Assembly (NCBI GenBank): GCA_013239625.1
Contig: MU056000.1
Location: forward strand, 13,343,175 to 13,407,174
Length of the DNA stretch: 64,000 nt
Direction of reading: 5' to 3'
Source: Lama guanicoe
Lineage: Eukaryota
A program made the translations under genes and the position numbers. Below the pieces are notes generated by a model. The model was not told the origin of the DNA, made no database searches, and worked only from the letters and a program-made list of their open reading frames with translations. Each line of letters starts with the position of its first letter. The stretch's first letter is position 1. Positions 11,860 through 25,599 of the stretch are shown piece by piece.

Positions 11860-13980
11860 AATAAACATATTGGTCCATTTTATCTAAGTTATCAAATTCG
11901 CAGACATAGAGCTTTAATAGTATCCTTTTGTTTTTCTTTTACTTTCCATGGGATGTGTAGTGATTTCATCTCTTTTATATCTGATATTAGTAATTTGTAT
12001 CCTTTCTCCTTTTTCTTAATTAGCCTGGCTAGGGTCCTATCAATTTTACTGATTTTTTTCCAAAAAAACAGGTTTTGATTTTGTTGATTTTCTCTGTTGA
12101 TTTCCTGTTTTCAGATTCATTCTTTCTGCTCTGATTCTTATTATTTCTTTTCTTCTGTTTAGCTTGGTTTTTATTTGCTTTTCTTCTTCTAGTTTCCTGA
12201 GGTGAAAACTAGATTATCAATTTTAGATCTTTCTTCTTTTTTAATATATGTATTCAATTCTGGAAATTTTCCTCTGAGCACTGATTTCATTGCATCCCCA
12301 AATTTTGATAAGTTGGGTTTTACTTTTAAGTGAAAAAATTTTAAAACTTATCTTGAGATTTCTTCTTTGAAGCATGAGTATTTAGAAGTGTGCTTCTTTT
12401 CCCCGTGTAGTTTGGTGTTTTCCAGCTTTCTCTTTGTTATTAATTTCTAGATTTATTCCACTGTGGTCTGACAGCAGATATTGTATGACTTCTATTCTTT
12501 TAAATTTGTTAAGGTTTATTTTATGGCCAGGATGTAGTCTATCTTGGTGAATATTACGTATGAGTTTTAGAAGAGTATGTGTCTTGCTGTTGTTGTATGA
12601 GGTGATCTATAGATGTCAGTTATAGCCAATTGATGAGTGGGTTGTGGAGTTCAACTATATCCTTACTGATTTTCTGTCTGCTGGGTATTTCCATTTCTAA
12701 GAGAGGGATGTTGAAGTCTCAAGTCTTGATAATAAATTCATCTATTTCCCCTTGCAGCTCTATCAATTTTTGCCTCACATATTTAGATGGTCCGATTTTA
12801 GGTGTATACACATTAAGAATTACTATGTCTCCTTGCATAATTGACCCCATTATCATTTATGATGTGCATCTTTGTCCCTTACAACTTTTCTTACTTTGAA
12901 ATCTGCTCTGGATAGAATCAATACAGCTACTCCTGTTTTCTTTTGGTTAGTGCTAGTATGATATATTTCTTTCCATTTTCTTAATCTGTATGTGTTTTTA
13001 CATTTAAAGTGGGTTTCTTATAGACAACATATATTTGTGTAACGTTTATTACATCCGGTCTATTAATTAACTCATCAAAGCAATCCCATCATTTCTATTA
13101 CAGTGGTTTTAATCTCCACTATTTTCTTTTGATGCTTCCTTAGGATCCTCATGTTTCTGCTGACACTGTCCATCTGTTTTGCATGCTGCCCACTTTATTC
13201 ATTAGAGCCCTTAAAATATTGTTATAGTTGCTTAAATTTCTAAATTTCTAATCTGATAATTCTAACATCCCTGCTGTATTTGGTCCTTTGTTTGCTCTGT
13301 CTCTGCAAATTGTGGCTCCCTGTCATTTCTTTTTTTTTTTGATAGTCACATAGGATTTATTGGGCAAAGAGGCTCCCTGTAAATAGGTCTTAGTCACGTG
13401 CTGCTGAAGTGTGGGTGGAGGGGAAGCATTCTATAGTCCTAAGGTAGGTTCTTAACCTTGAGTGAAATTGTACCTCTGAACTGTGAACTTCACGAGTGTT
13501 TCTCATTTTGTTTGCTTGTTTGTTTTTTTCTTCTCTGCTTATTTGGGGCAGGATGGCTAGAGTGGGCTAGCCTTGGCTATTTCTATTCTCCCGCATGGAA
13601 GGCTAGAGACGACAGAGGTTGGGTATTTCCATTCTTTAGGACAGTTAAGCTCTGAGAAGACCCCAAAAGGTTAGATTCTGATGAACTCAGATTTGTGTAC
13701 ACTGCGCCTCCACAATTTGTCAGCTGCAGTGGAGGTTTTCCCACCACAGCATGGGTGTCCAGGGTAGTTTCCTGTCACGAGTCTCTACTCAGGTAAACTG
13801 TACCTCCCTCCATTGTCCCATCTGTCTCTTTAATCTTAGGGTCAGTGTTTTTTCCTATGTCCTCCCTTCTCTTATGGATGTAAGAGGAGTTGTTGAATTT
13901 TCAATCTGTTCAGTTTTTTACTTGTTGTTAGGACAGAGAGGATGACTTCCAAATGTTTTACATGCAGAGTTGGAACTTGT
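11860..13980 (-). mobile_element. Old L1M: ORF2 5' (endonuclease) region followed by 5'-end sequence
   Basis: Antisense L1 motifs (ttattccactgtggtctgacagcaga, atcttggtgaatatt, gggatgttgaagtctc), then an L1M 5'-end-like tail (gagttgttgaattttcaatctgttcagttttttacttgttg...gatgacttcc); no intact ORF. Confidence 0.85.
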
Positions 13981-15699
13981 GTAGTATGTTAGTTTCACAT
14001 CTAAACACTTTGCTAAAATCTCATAATGTCTAATTTTTTATCTTTAAAATAGTTTTTTTAATTTAAAATTTTATAACTATATGGTCACATGATCTGCAAA
14101 TAACCTTTTTTTTGCATTATACTTGCCTGTTTTATTGCATCTTTTTACATTTATTGTATTTTAAAATTTCTAAAAAGCTTATAATGTGTTCAATTATTCT
14201 TTTGTCTTAAAAGTCATTTATAATAGATATATTTTCTCAATCTGTCTCAATGCACTCAATAGAAAATTTTTTGTTGTAAAATTTTTTCTGTATCCTGAGA
14301 TTCTCTTTAATTCTAATTAACAACATTTTCTTTTTCTATGTTGATTATTTTCATTAATATTGTTGCATTATTTCCCAGTAGAGTCTTTTTAACATTCTTT
14401 TCATCATAATGAGTAAAGAATGTTAAGAAAATCTGGACTTGCACTATATATCCATTCTTATTCTCTTATTTACCATACTAGTTTATTTTTTGCTTCTAAA
14501 TTTTGTCAGAGTTCTCTGATGTATAAATGTCACTTTGAAGTTCGTAACTATTTAGTCCATGTTCACATTATCTGAACGGTCAGATTCAGTTAGCTACTCG
14601 AGGTGTTATAATCAATATTAACACTCTCAAGCTTTTCTTGAAATTTGAAATTTACCCTTTTTAATATAAATTCACAAATTTTGGATATTTCTTCTGGTCA
14701 TATTTGTTTTCTAACTAACCCTCATCCGGAACATCCTCCTTAGAGCAATTCTGAGTTTAAATGCTAGGCTTTGGGAGTTCACAATTAGAGAAAGGGGATG
14801 ATTACTAACTTCTTTAAGAAAGAAATGTTCAGTGGAAAATTGATCAGACAGACTTTGTATTTTAATGTTCTTTAGTATGTTCAACAACTCCGAGATACAT
14901 CTTTTACAATTTTCATACTTTCACCCAAGATTTGATAATTTAATATAATAATTTCCATTCAACTATTGTTTTAATTCAGTGATACATAAAATTGCCTTCT
15001 GAACTGAGCTTCAGAAGTCAAGGTATAACAGCCTTAGACGGTATTTTTTTAGATAATGGCCTTAAGTTTCATTCTGTGCTTAGGATTAGAATGAAAAGAT
15101 ATGAATCTGCCCTTTTGTCATTCCCAACTGTGCAAAATTGTCTGGAGTGGTCACATGATTCTACAGCCTTCAAAGTTTTTATCTCTTCCAAACAGGTTGA
15201 CAACTGGCTTCATGGGGACAAATTCTCCATATTACAGAGGTAAGGTAACTAAAATTGATCATTTATTAGCTACTTAACTTTAGAATGCCATTGGCTCTTG
15301 TTTCCCTTCATAGAAGTCAAAGCAAAAGGAGATCTTATTTTTGGCCCTGTCTTGTTCTTAAAATAATATGTACATGATGCATATTTTCCTAAAGTCATAA
15401 GTACCTATTTATTCTTCACTTAACATTCTTTTGCCTAAAAGGAACGTGAATCTATCTAATCTGGTTATCATTTAAAAGAAAGATCTATTGAAAGAAATAG
15501 AGGTCTCCTTTCCACAAATAAATTTAACCTAGTGGGAAAAAATAAGCAATGTCTTGTTTGGATTGTATTTTGAGGTAAGCCAAGTGTTGGCAAATGCTAA
15601 ACGTATATAGGAAAGTATGAATGAGAAATTTAAAATTGGGAGATGACATTGTTACCACTAATCAGTCTCAATCTGACTAAAACTGATCAACCCTATAAA

Positions 15700-16390
15700 G
15701 ATATCCCCTCTTTCATGCAATACGATGTGAATTGTGCTGCACTTCCTCTGGGTTAGTCTTATCAAAATGATTTGAACCCGGGCTTAATTAATATTTATTT
15801 CTAGCTTCCTGTTTGCAAGACATACAATATAGAGAGCAAAATATTAGATGACATCAGTGGGAATTATCCAGATAAATATAGACTGAAGGGGAAATTTAGT
15901 AAAATCAGACACAGTTATTTCTAGAAATTAGTAACATAGAAACAAACAAATAAGCAAACCAAATAACAAAGATATAATAGTCATGATAACCACGTGGGGA
16001 GTACTGAGATTTTTGGACTTTGTTTTATTCTTAATTCAAGTAGTCCATCTATAACAAATAATTATTTTTTTTTAAATCAGGAAAATGTAAGTATAGTCAA
16101 GGTAGTAAATTATATTAAGGAATTTTTGGTAACTTTTAGGTGGGATAATTGAATTGCATTTAGGTAATCTTTGTATATCTTTGATTTTTAGAAATGCCTA
16201 ATGAAATATTTATGGATAAAATGAAATATTTATGCTTTTTTAAAATTACTACACCAATTAAGAAAAAAATGAGATGAGGAGATGAGTGAAATGTGTGGCA
16301 AAATGCTAGTTATTAAATGTGAATGATTTAGTACATTATATTGTTTTTCCCTACATTTTGTAGGTTTGCAACTTTTCATAATAAAGCTGG
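15700..16390 (+). mobile_element. Old L1MC/ME 3' end
   Basis: tgaaatatttatggataaaatga, gtggcaaaatgctagtta, terminal ttttgtaggtttgcaacttttcatAATAAAg. Confidence 0.7.
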
Positions 16391-17689
16391 TTTTTGAAAA
16401 TTACAAAAAATAAATGTTGGTCATGACTTATCAATTTCACAATTTTCTAATGAGTTGAAATCTGCAGTGAAAAAAAAATCCTAATATTCCAATAATTAGG
16501 TTGTGAGGGTGAATTCATTTCTGTAGATTTCCTTCTGTTTCATCCATTTTTTTTCTCTTTCCTCAATGAAAGTTAATGACCAACATATGGAGGCAACATC
16601 TTTTTTTGGTACTACAATTTTGGTTTTAATTGTATTTATTCCTAAAACTATTAGGAAGAAGTGCACATTTGGGATTAATAATTGTATTTCCGATTCTTGG
16701 AACTAAAATGTATGCACATTATTCTTCTGTGAAACCTTATTTCCATGTGATTCTCAGAACATAATAAGCCACAGATCACTATTAAAATTTGTGCCCTGGA
16801 TTCCATGAATTTATGGTTATAATAAAAATCATAATGTGAGAAAGAAAAGGAAACTTTAATAATGCTTTAAAGAAAAGAACATTCTGCAAATAATAATTTT
16901 GATGTGAGAATGAAAGTGCAAATAAAACATAGTTTTATGCACACAAATTATAGGAAGCACAGTATAATATCTTCCCAAATTGAAGAAAATGCTGAAATTC
17001 CAAAATTTAATGACAAGAGCTGGAGTGTTCAGGATGTCTGCATGAAACTCTGCCTCTCTAAATACTGCTATTAACCTTGGTGTCAATATCTCTCAGTTTC
17101 TCCAGGTTCCCTTGCTAATTTAAAGTTCAACTTTCTTTTAGAGAAACTAGCTAACTGTGGACTGGGTAATTCTATCACTGGATCAACTGCAGTCAGCAAA
17201 GTGTGTCATGCAGTGTATATACTATGGTCATTGGGAGCTGGAGAAGTATTATAACAATACAATAATGTGCCCCTAAAAATCAGTTAAGAGTGCAGATCTC
17301 ATATTAAGTGTTCTCACAAGGAAGGGAGGAAGTTGGAAGGAGGGGAAGAAAAGGAGGGAAGAAGGCAGGAAGGAAATGTAGTAGTTTCATTAAGTTTACT
17401 TCGAGATGAAGGAGATGGGGGACAAAGATGGCCACCACCAATTTTTTTTCTCCTTGTGTGGGGAGGTATTAAGCTTTTTGGTTTAGCCTCTTGTTTGCCC
17501 CACAACTCTTATCTACTGCAATTCAAGATGCTATGTAACTATCTTTTATTATTATCATTTTTAATGCAGCTGAATAAAAGGCTTTTCACATTGGGTTAGC
17601 TTTGAGTCACATTAAGTAAAGACAACCTTTTAAGGAGGTCTACCAGGGAACCACCAGACAGGTCAAATAATAAAGGCATTTCGACCACA

Positions 17690-17990
17690 TTCTGCTTCAG
17701 CCCGTGGCTGCAAGGCTGCTTGCTTCCCGTGATTGCAGGCTCTTGGGTTTCATGGCAGCCATGGAGCTCAAGAGTGATGACGGCTTAGGACAAGTTAAAA
17801 CAGCTCAAGAGTCACTTTTCTTATCATGACTCATCATTTCTTGAATAAATTCTTCCTGGATTGCTGCAAGTTTGGTTAATTTCCAAAATGCTAACAAACT
17901 TGATTCTGACAATTTTAGCCAGTGTTCTCATTGCTTTTAAGGAAAATAATTCTTTTGTAGAGCCTGCTGTGCCATTTTGGTTGACATATG
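17690..17990 (-). mobile_element. Old L1M 5'-end fragment
   Basis: tttcttgaataaattcttcctggattgctgcaag...ttgattctgacaattttagccagtgttctcattgctttta...gccattttgg resembles antisense L1M 5' terminus. Confidence 0.6.
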
Positions 17991-18329
17991 TCTACACTCA
18001 TTTTATTCTTCTTCTAGATTGCCATCAAGTTGCTGATCAACTTGTTGGAAATAAAATCACTGATTTTATACAAATACTTTATAATATACTAATTTTTATA
18101 TTTTTATAGTTTCTGAATTTTTTTTAGTTTTTTTATGTCAGTACTGTAATTTTAAATTCTTACAGTTATCTTACAAATTTTTAATATCTAATAGGACTAA
18201 TATAATCTTAATATTCTTCTCTTTAAAATATGTATTTGATATAGATAATATATAACATATAATGTATATCTATTTTTATTTTATTACAACCTACAACAGC
18301 ACTTAAATCATTGAGTGGCCAACAGAATA

Positions 18330-18620
18330 AATTAAGCAATTAAATGAGCAACACTGGGGAAATAAGTTAGTAAAACTTTTGAATTTCATTAACAATAAAA
18401 AGAAGACCCAAATAGCTTGCAGAAGGCAATATAAATCAATCAATCATGGTTATTAATGACAAATATATCAGAACCATGCTTTTTAATCAGAGCCACTGAT
18501 GGCTAGAAGACAAGTACTTTGAGAACAAAGTACAGGAATAATAATTTTAAACACGGAATTTTATTTCAGCCAAAGCTATGGAGAACTATGAGAGAACAGA
18601 AATATTTGCAGACATGAACA
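18330..18620 (+). mobile_element. Old L1/HAL1 ORF1-region remnant
   Basis: gatggctagaagacaa...attttaaacacggaattttatttcagccaaagcta resembles degenerate ORF1 C-terminal coding sequence. Confidence 0.45.
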
Positions 18621-19990
18621 AATGAGAAAAATCTGTTGAAAAAACATTTTAACAAAATTGCACTCCATTTAGAAACTATAAGATCTTTGGACTAGTCTGA
18701 ACCTAATAATGTAAGCAATAATTATAAAGCAAGTATTTCTAGAAAGATACCCAAAATGTATAAATTTGCATGATTATATAAGACTTATGGCAAATTTCTT
18801 TAAATAAACAGACTGTGTTGTCAAAAATAAAATTAAATAGTTAATATTAAGTAGAGTATGTGAATTACCAAATGAACATACTTGAGATATTAAAATATAC
18901 AATCATTTTAAACACTCATGACATGTTTTAGATAAATGTGTCAAAATAATCTCAATTCACTTTAGAAATAAAAATGAATAGGAAGTATTTTCTGCATACA
19001 ATGCTATATAATCTTTAGGCATGTTATGTGAAGTTAATGCATACAATGCTAATAAACATATGTTCTTCCTCTCTTATTTCTGAGTTATTGCTTAGTTTTT
19101 GACTGTAAAATAAGACAAACACCTTTATTTTCTGTAAAGCATGTTTGTATCTATATATAAATCATCTATGTCATCTGTATCTATGTGTATGCCAGGGCGT
19201 GTATGTGCATGCATATTCATACATGTGTATCTGTAGATACAGAGTCAATACATTTAGATACAATAAAAACTCATTGAAGAAATCGATAAATAATTCCTTG
19301 CACCAGAATAGACATGCAAAAAAAAAAAAAGGAATAGACATGCAAAGGTTTGGGGAAATAATCCACAAAGGGTTCAGTTTCATTATTTATAACTGTAGTA
19401 ACAGCACGTACTCTGGCTGTGTATAAATTTTCAAGGATGTTTTTGAAATCAGCATACCATTGTGTGTGTGTTCTCCAGTAGGGAGTGACAAAAGAAAATA
19501 AACATGAATGAACTATCATATACTCACCGATGCAAATGCGCATGTGAGAAAGCACATTCAAGTTCAGAGACAGGCAAGGAGAGCACTTTGTAGAAACTCA
19601 GAATGATATAGGGTGTCTGAAAATACTTCTTATAAAATGTTTAGGGATCTGAAAATGCCTTAGTAATAATTTCACTCAGAATCCACATTAAGTGCATGTT
19701 TTCCACCATAAGGTACAAACTCAAAAAATATTTTTGAAAAATTCAAAAATATTAATGGAGACGTATGTGCAAGATGAAGACTATGCAGTTATTAATATTT
19801 CACGGGAGGCATTCTATCAGTTTTGCCACGTTGAAGAAATGTTGTATTTAGTTGTTGTAATAATAGATGTTCCATGAAATAGCGCTATATTACTGTGAGC
19901 TAGTGTGTTCTAGCTGACTTCAGCACAATCACTGACCCCTGTGCTTAAACATTTCTGCTCTGAAAGTAATCCAGAATTAGGCTATCTGGC

Positions 19991-20061
19991 TGAAAGAAAG
20001 AAAGAGAGAGAGAGAAAAACGAAGGAAGGAAGGGAGGGAGGGAGGGAGGAAGGAGGGAAGA
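19991..20061. repeat. GA-rich simple repeat (AAAG/GA/GGAA/GGGA)
   Basis: Read directly. Confidence 0.9.
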
Positions 20062-20273
20062 CATGGATCCTAGGAGAGGAGCTTAGCAAAATAAAATTTA
20101 AAGGCAAAGCACAAAGAAACTTTTTCAGAACATCAATAAGTAACACAGAATGAAGGTGAGGGCTGTGTTCACCATCTTCTACTTGCCTTCTTCGACTTAA
20201 TGCATTTTTTTATGTATTCACCATTTGTTCATTTCTATTGTTTGAAAATGCATAAAATTAAAATTTGAATTAG

Positions 20274-20750
20274 TGTAATAAGGAAGAACAAATCTGACTC
20301 CATATTAGATCCATTTCTTTTCCTTTAACCTTTGTAATCTATTGTTTTTGCTACAAGTTAATCACCAAAAAGATGTTGCCTATGGCTTAAAGTATACACA
20401 ATGGCCCATCCTCGCCCGCCTGAAGGTTCAACTGAAATACCTTTGTTCATCTCACAGGAAACATCCCGATCCAGCCAACCTGTGAACGGCTGCAGGAGTC
20501 TGGCTGAAACCAGGAAGTATTTGCAACAACTTAGGGACATTTTTACTTTACCTCTTCACCTCCCACCTCTTTGTTCTGTAAAAGAAACTAACATCCAAAC
20601 CTGGGCAAGACGGTTCTTTAGGACATTAGTTTGCCATCTTCTTGGTCTGCAGGATTTCCGAATAGTATAGCCACACCTTGTCCCAACACCTCATCTCCTA
20701 AGTTGTTGGCCTGTCGTGCCGCGAGCGGTATGAGCTTGGACTTGGTAAAA
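20274..20750 (+). mobile_element. Solo ERV1-class LTR (MER41-like)
   Basis: Starts TGTAATA and ends ggacttggtaaaa (decayed ...ggtaaca); perfect 4-bp TSD TTAG at 20270-20273 and 20751-20754; CpG-containing U5-like end. Confidence 0.85.
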
Positions 20751-21567
20751 TTAGTCCCTTAGGCCACTCCTAGTAAAATATATTTAATTAGTAATTGCTA
20801 TAGAGTGCTTTACATTTAAATTGACATGTATGTCTTAGATTCCTATTCGTGATATATTCTCTTCCACACTTTGCTATCCTTCCTCCCAAAGTCCAGAATT
20901 TTACTGCCAATAACATCTAAGTCAGCATTAGTATTTTATAAATGAAGTCCTTTTGTTTTAAAGTTTAATTATATAGCTCGAAAAATAATTCCAGTCTTCA
21001 GATTATGATTTTGTACATTAAGCAGAAATGTAAGCAGATGGTAGAGTGCAGTAATTTTTATTTTCTTGTTTTTGTTTTTAAATTTTGGATGTTTATGCAA
21101 GATTTTGTTTAATTTCAATAGCTACCCCAGTTATAAAATATATTACATTTTAAAAACATGAAGCAGATTCTCCAAATGGTAGGTATTAAGCAGACATTTG
21201 GCACAAGGTCTTCTAATGCTACATTAACAATCATTTTTGAAATAAGCTTTCCTGTAATTTAGATACATGTTTTGCATTTCTAGTAATTCATTGGTGGTGA
21301 ATGTTTACAAATATTTTTGGAAAATACACTTTGAACAGCAAAACACATTCTCAGTTGTATGAGGATAAGTTAAACATATCAGATGAAACTCGTAAGAGTG
21401 AAATAAATTCCCAGATTAATTGAGGAGACTCTGATGCAGGGTCTCAGAAAAGAGAGCAAAGCCTAGAATCCTAAGCTTGTGGTACCCAATATCTTGAATG
21501 GTATGACTTTACTGCACCTCAGAACATGAGAATAGAGACTCGTGGCTTAGAGCACTGCCAAGTCTTC

Positions 21568-21684
21568 TGCTATAGCCTGAATATGTCCTCCCAGTATTCA
21601 AATGTAGAAGTCCTAACCCATTCAGTGTAACTGTATTTGGAGAAGGGGCCTATAAGGAAATAATTAAGATTAAGTGAATTCATA
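21568..21684 (+). mobile_element. MLT1A/B LTR, 5' part only
   Basis: tgctatagcctgaat...tgtaactgtatttggaga...taattaagattaagtgaattcata matches the MaLR LTR start. Confidence 0.8.
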
Positions 21685-22141
21685 TACCACGACTTCTTTA
21701 TCCATCATCTGTCAATGGACATTTAGGTTGCCTCCATGTCTTGGCTATTATATATATTGCTGCTATAAACATTGGGGTGCAGGTGTCTTTTCAAATTAGA
21801 GTTCCTTCTGGATACAGGCCCAGGAGTGTAATTGTTGGATCATATGGTTAGTCTATTTTTAGTCTGGTTTTTTAAGGAACATCCATACTCTTCCACATTG
21901 GCTGCACCAAACTACATTTCCATCAACAGTGTAGAAGGTTTTCCTTTTCTCCACACCCTCTCCAGCATTTATTATTTGTGGAGTGTTTAATGATGGCCAT
22001 TCTGACTGGTGTGAGGTGACACCTCATTATAGTTTTGATTTGCATTTCTCTAATAAGTTAGTGATATTGAGCATTTTATCATGTGCCTGTTGGCCATTTG
22101 TATGTCTTCACTGGAGAAGTGTTTCTTTAGGTTTTCTGCCC
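21682..22141 (-). mobile_element. Young L1 internal fragment (ORF2 end / 3' UTR start), no poly(A)
   Basis: Closely similar to 55183-55480 and to the reverse complement of 61129-61410; lacks the terminal 3' UTR and tail. Confidence 0.9.
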
Positions 22142-24748
22142 TGCATAGCTGAATGGTATTAGGAAAGTGGGTTTCCCCATCATGGAAAAACCCTCATCAA
22201 ATGACTGAAAAAGCATAGAGTTATGACTTGCTTTATTGAATGTTAGACTGTGAAATGTTGCATCATAAATTTTTTTCAAGGTCTAGAGTTTGTAATCTCT
22301 AACAGGAAAGCAGTTTTTTTTTCTAAAACCATTTTCTTTTTCTTAATCCTCCATTTTTGTGGGCAACATATACATAGTTTTTCTAAGATAGACACATGTT
22401 GAGCCTCTAATATATCAGTAAAGGCATTAAGGACTAATGTATTTTATGTATGAGATTCAAAAATTACACACATGTAGAGGTTCTAGCATGATCTAGAGAG
22501 CACCATATTTGTTTTGACATTTATTAATCCTTAATAATTTTCTTATTTTCCGTGAACTTCAAATACTTCATTGGTAAAGTAGAAATAATAATATATAGCG
22601 TCCTTACTGAAGAGGATATATAATTATGTTTCTGTCTTCTCCATAGGTATGATGTAAACTTGTTGCTTTAATAGGTATGTTTTTGTTAAGTTTCTTCTGT
22701 ATTTGGGTAAGTCAGTTAAAATACTGCATAAGGAAATGAAAAATATATTAATTTAAATAAAGCAACATTTTTAGAGAAAATTAGTAGTATGAATACAGAA
22801 GGGTTAGATATCAAATCAATATTCTGTTTTCTGATGAACTTCTGTTGTTAATTCAATGAATAGACTGGATCTCGAAACTCATCTGTATATCTTTGTACAG
22901 TGAAAATTAGCATCAAAATTAAAAGCAGAATTCTTTATTTTGTACCAGTAATTTTTAAAAACTTTAATAATATCTACTCTGATAGATGGTCAGTATAGGG
23001 CTTTGCAAATGTATTTGATGACAAAGTCATCTCTAAAAGAATATCAACTGATATGAGTAATAAAATAAGGCAAATAATATACATCTCATAATTACAGATG
23101 TGTATAGAATGGGAGGAAAAGCAATTTTCAGATGTTTATCTTATTATTAACACAAAATTAAGAATTTATCTACACTCAAAAGCTTTCTCTTTAATGGAAA
23201 AAGTTCAAGTGAATGGCTAAATTATTTTTCTAGGATCTAACTTTCTTCCTACATTTTAAATTAATATCTTGTATCTTAAATTGCTCAGTGGAAAAGTAAA
23301 TTGATGGCATGAAATTAATTTCCACTTTTTGAAAAATCCACATGGATATAAATCACTGCAACTTGGGGGAGATTGAAAAATGACTGTATTAACAAAACTT
23401 CATGTTCAACAGGCAAATAAACATCCCCACAAACCCAAATCACCACTGCATGTTTACCCATCATTAGCCATAATCTACTTCAGATGATGATGATAAATGA
23501 ATCAGGAGGTTGGATCCCTGAACAACACCTATTTAATGATAACAAACAACCAAAGATGCAGAAAGACTTGCCTGCCCTGAAATTGGTGTTTAGCCTGGTG
23601 GAGACCTGACTTCACTGCTGTCTCCTCCGGCATCAGTGTTCTTCTATTATCAGGGGTCCCTTTCCCATACTATCATAATAATTCTAATCTTTTCATAAAT
23701 TCATTTGATATTGGTACACAGTGATAAACTTTCTCACAGTAAACTCAACTTGTATATTTAAGTGGATAGATTGATCAACGTATCTATATAGATTGGCCAT
23801 AAGAAAATATTTGATATGTATTTTTCTTATTCCATAATAACTAGCAGTTTGACAATTTTGAAGTTATTGGAAAAGTTATCAATGTTCCATCCTTCAGGCT
23901 TCTAAGCTATAGCTATAAGATCCAGCTTTAACATTTTCATGTTTCTTGCTATAATCAGCAAGGCCTAATATAAACTATTTGGGGACCCAAGGCACCTGAA
24001 AAAGAAGTGCCCTTTGCTTTGTGCCTCCGGTAAGTCCAGACTACAACAGTTTGCAGTTATAAAACATAACTACAACTGGGTGCTATAAATTGTATTTACA
24101 GTGTTTCATGGTCACCTTTTCACCCTTTTTGTCTGTGGGCATGAAATGTCCCCTTTTCATTCTCATTTTCCATTATATTATAAAAGATGCAGCGTGATAC
24201 CTCTGATAGCTGTTGTGAAAAGATTTAAAAATACACAGAACTCAGGTCAAGATGGAGCTACGAAAACAAAATTTACCCAGAAAAATAAATTCAGAGCATA
24301 AATGACACACTGAGAATTGCACTTAAATCACAGACAAAATTCCAATGCCCCTGCAGATAAAGAACAAACACTGATGAAGGAAAAGTGGCAAATCCATTAA
24401 CATGTGATATGGGGGACTGAATAGTACAAATAATACACATGCTATGAGAGTTTAATTAAAGACACTTGACAGTGTCTTGGATTGACAAACAGAAGTTGGA
24501 ACTTAATCCTGGGATCAAAAAAGTAAATTTTATTATTGTATGTAAGAAAGAAAAACAGACATAAGGGGTAAGGCCAGGAATTATAGAGAGTGAGACAAAG
24601 GCAGAGATAGTAGAGGAGCTAGAGTTAGTGTTGGTGGTGAATCTTCCACGTAAGAATTGAAAAAGTTAAAAACATGATCGAATTTTCCAGTGTGGGTTGA
24701 TAGTGCATGTGTTTCAAAAGAATTTGGGTAAAATATTAGAATGACAGC

Positions 24749-24908
24749 TGTATTAGTTTCCTATTCCTACCATAACAAATTACCACAAATCCAGTAGCTT
24801 AGAACAATACAAATTTACTGTCATACAGTTCTAGAGGTCAGATGTCCAAGATGCATTCATTGGCTAAAATCAAGGTGACTGCAGAGCTGTGTTCTAAGTG
24901 GAGGCCCC
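24749..24908 (-). mobile_element. MLT1C/D LTR 3' fragment
   Basis: tgtattagtttcctatt...ataacaaattaccacaaa...cagttctagaggtcaga...ggctaaaatcaaggtg. Confidence 0.85.
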
Positions 24909-25538
24909 GGTGCCCTCCAGCTGGGGGCTTGAGCCTTTCCTCCTACAGATTAAGGAAGAAAGGTCTGTGTGGATGTTAGTTGGTGGTCGCTGTTTCCTTC
25001 CCCTAGTTTTCATGGGTTGCCAGGCATGCTCTCAGGGCACGTGTTCTGACGATCTTTCCTCCCAGATTAAGCCTTTTGTTCCTTAGAGTTAAAGGAGAAG
25101 ATTCTGGGTGGATTTGCTGCTCCAGTACATACACCGGTCATCACCTTGGAAACAGTGTTCTCAGGTCTCCTTCTGATCTTTCCTGGGAGTATCTGGTGAT
25201 GTTCATAGAGAAAAAGCTTCCAGAGGGAGTAACTTCTAGCATGCCTGATACCCTCTGTGGCTTCACACTCTCTCACTAGCCTATAGGCAGCATCAGGAAA
25301 TTGTTACGATTTTTTAGCTTAGTTTTACTTACTTTTATGTCATCTGGTGATGTTGGTCCCCGGAAAGCAAATGGTCAGGCCCAGTGTCTCCCAATAGTTT
25401 TCCGTCCCTCTCACTATTTCCGAGTACTTTGTTCTGTGCCCTCAATTCTCTGATGGTTTCAAGAAAAGCCATTATGTGCAGTTTGTTCAGTTTTCTTGTG
25501 GCAAGTATAAGGATGACGCTCTTTCCAGTGTCTCTTAC
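24909..25538 (-). mobile_element. Old L1M 5'-end fragment
   Basis: Tail (tgccctcaattctctgatggtttcaagaaaag...tttgttcagttttcttgt...ggatgac) resembles 13855-13950. Confidence 0.6.
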
Positions 25539-25599
25539 TTTTCTTTTTTTTCCCCTTTTAACAGTAAAGCTTTTATTTACTTAAAACTCTTTGGGACAC

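Noticed and set aside
24240..24460. Possible old L1 5' end on the plus strand (caagatggag...)
   Set aside because: Similarity too weak to call without alignment
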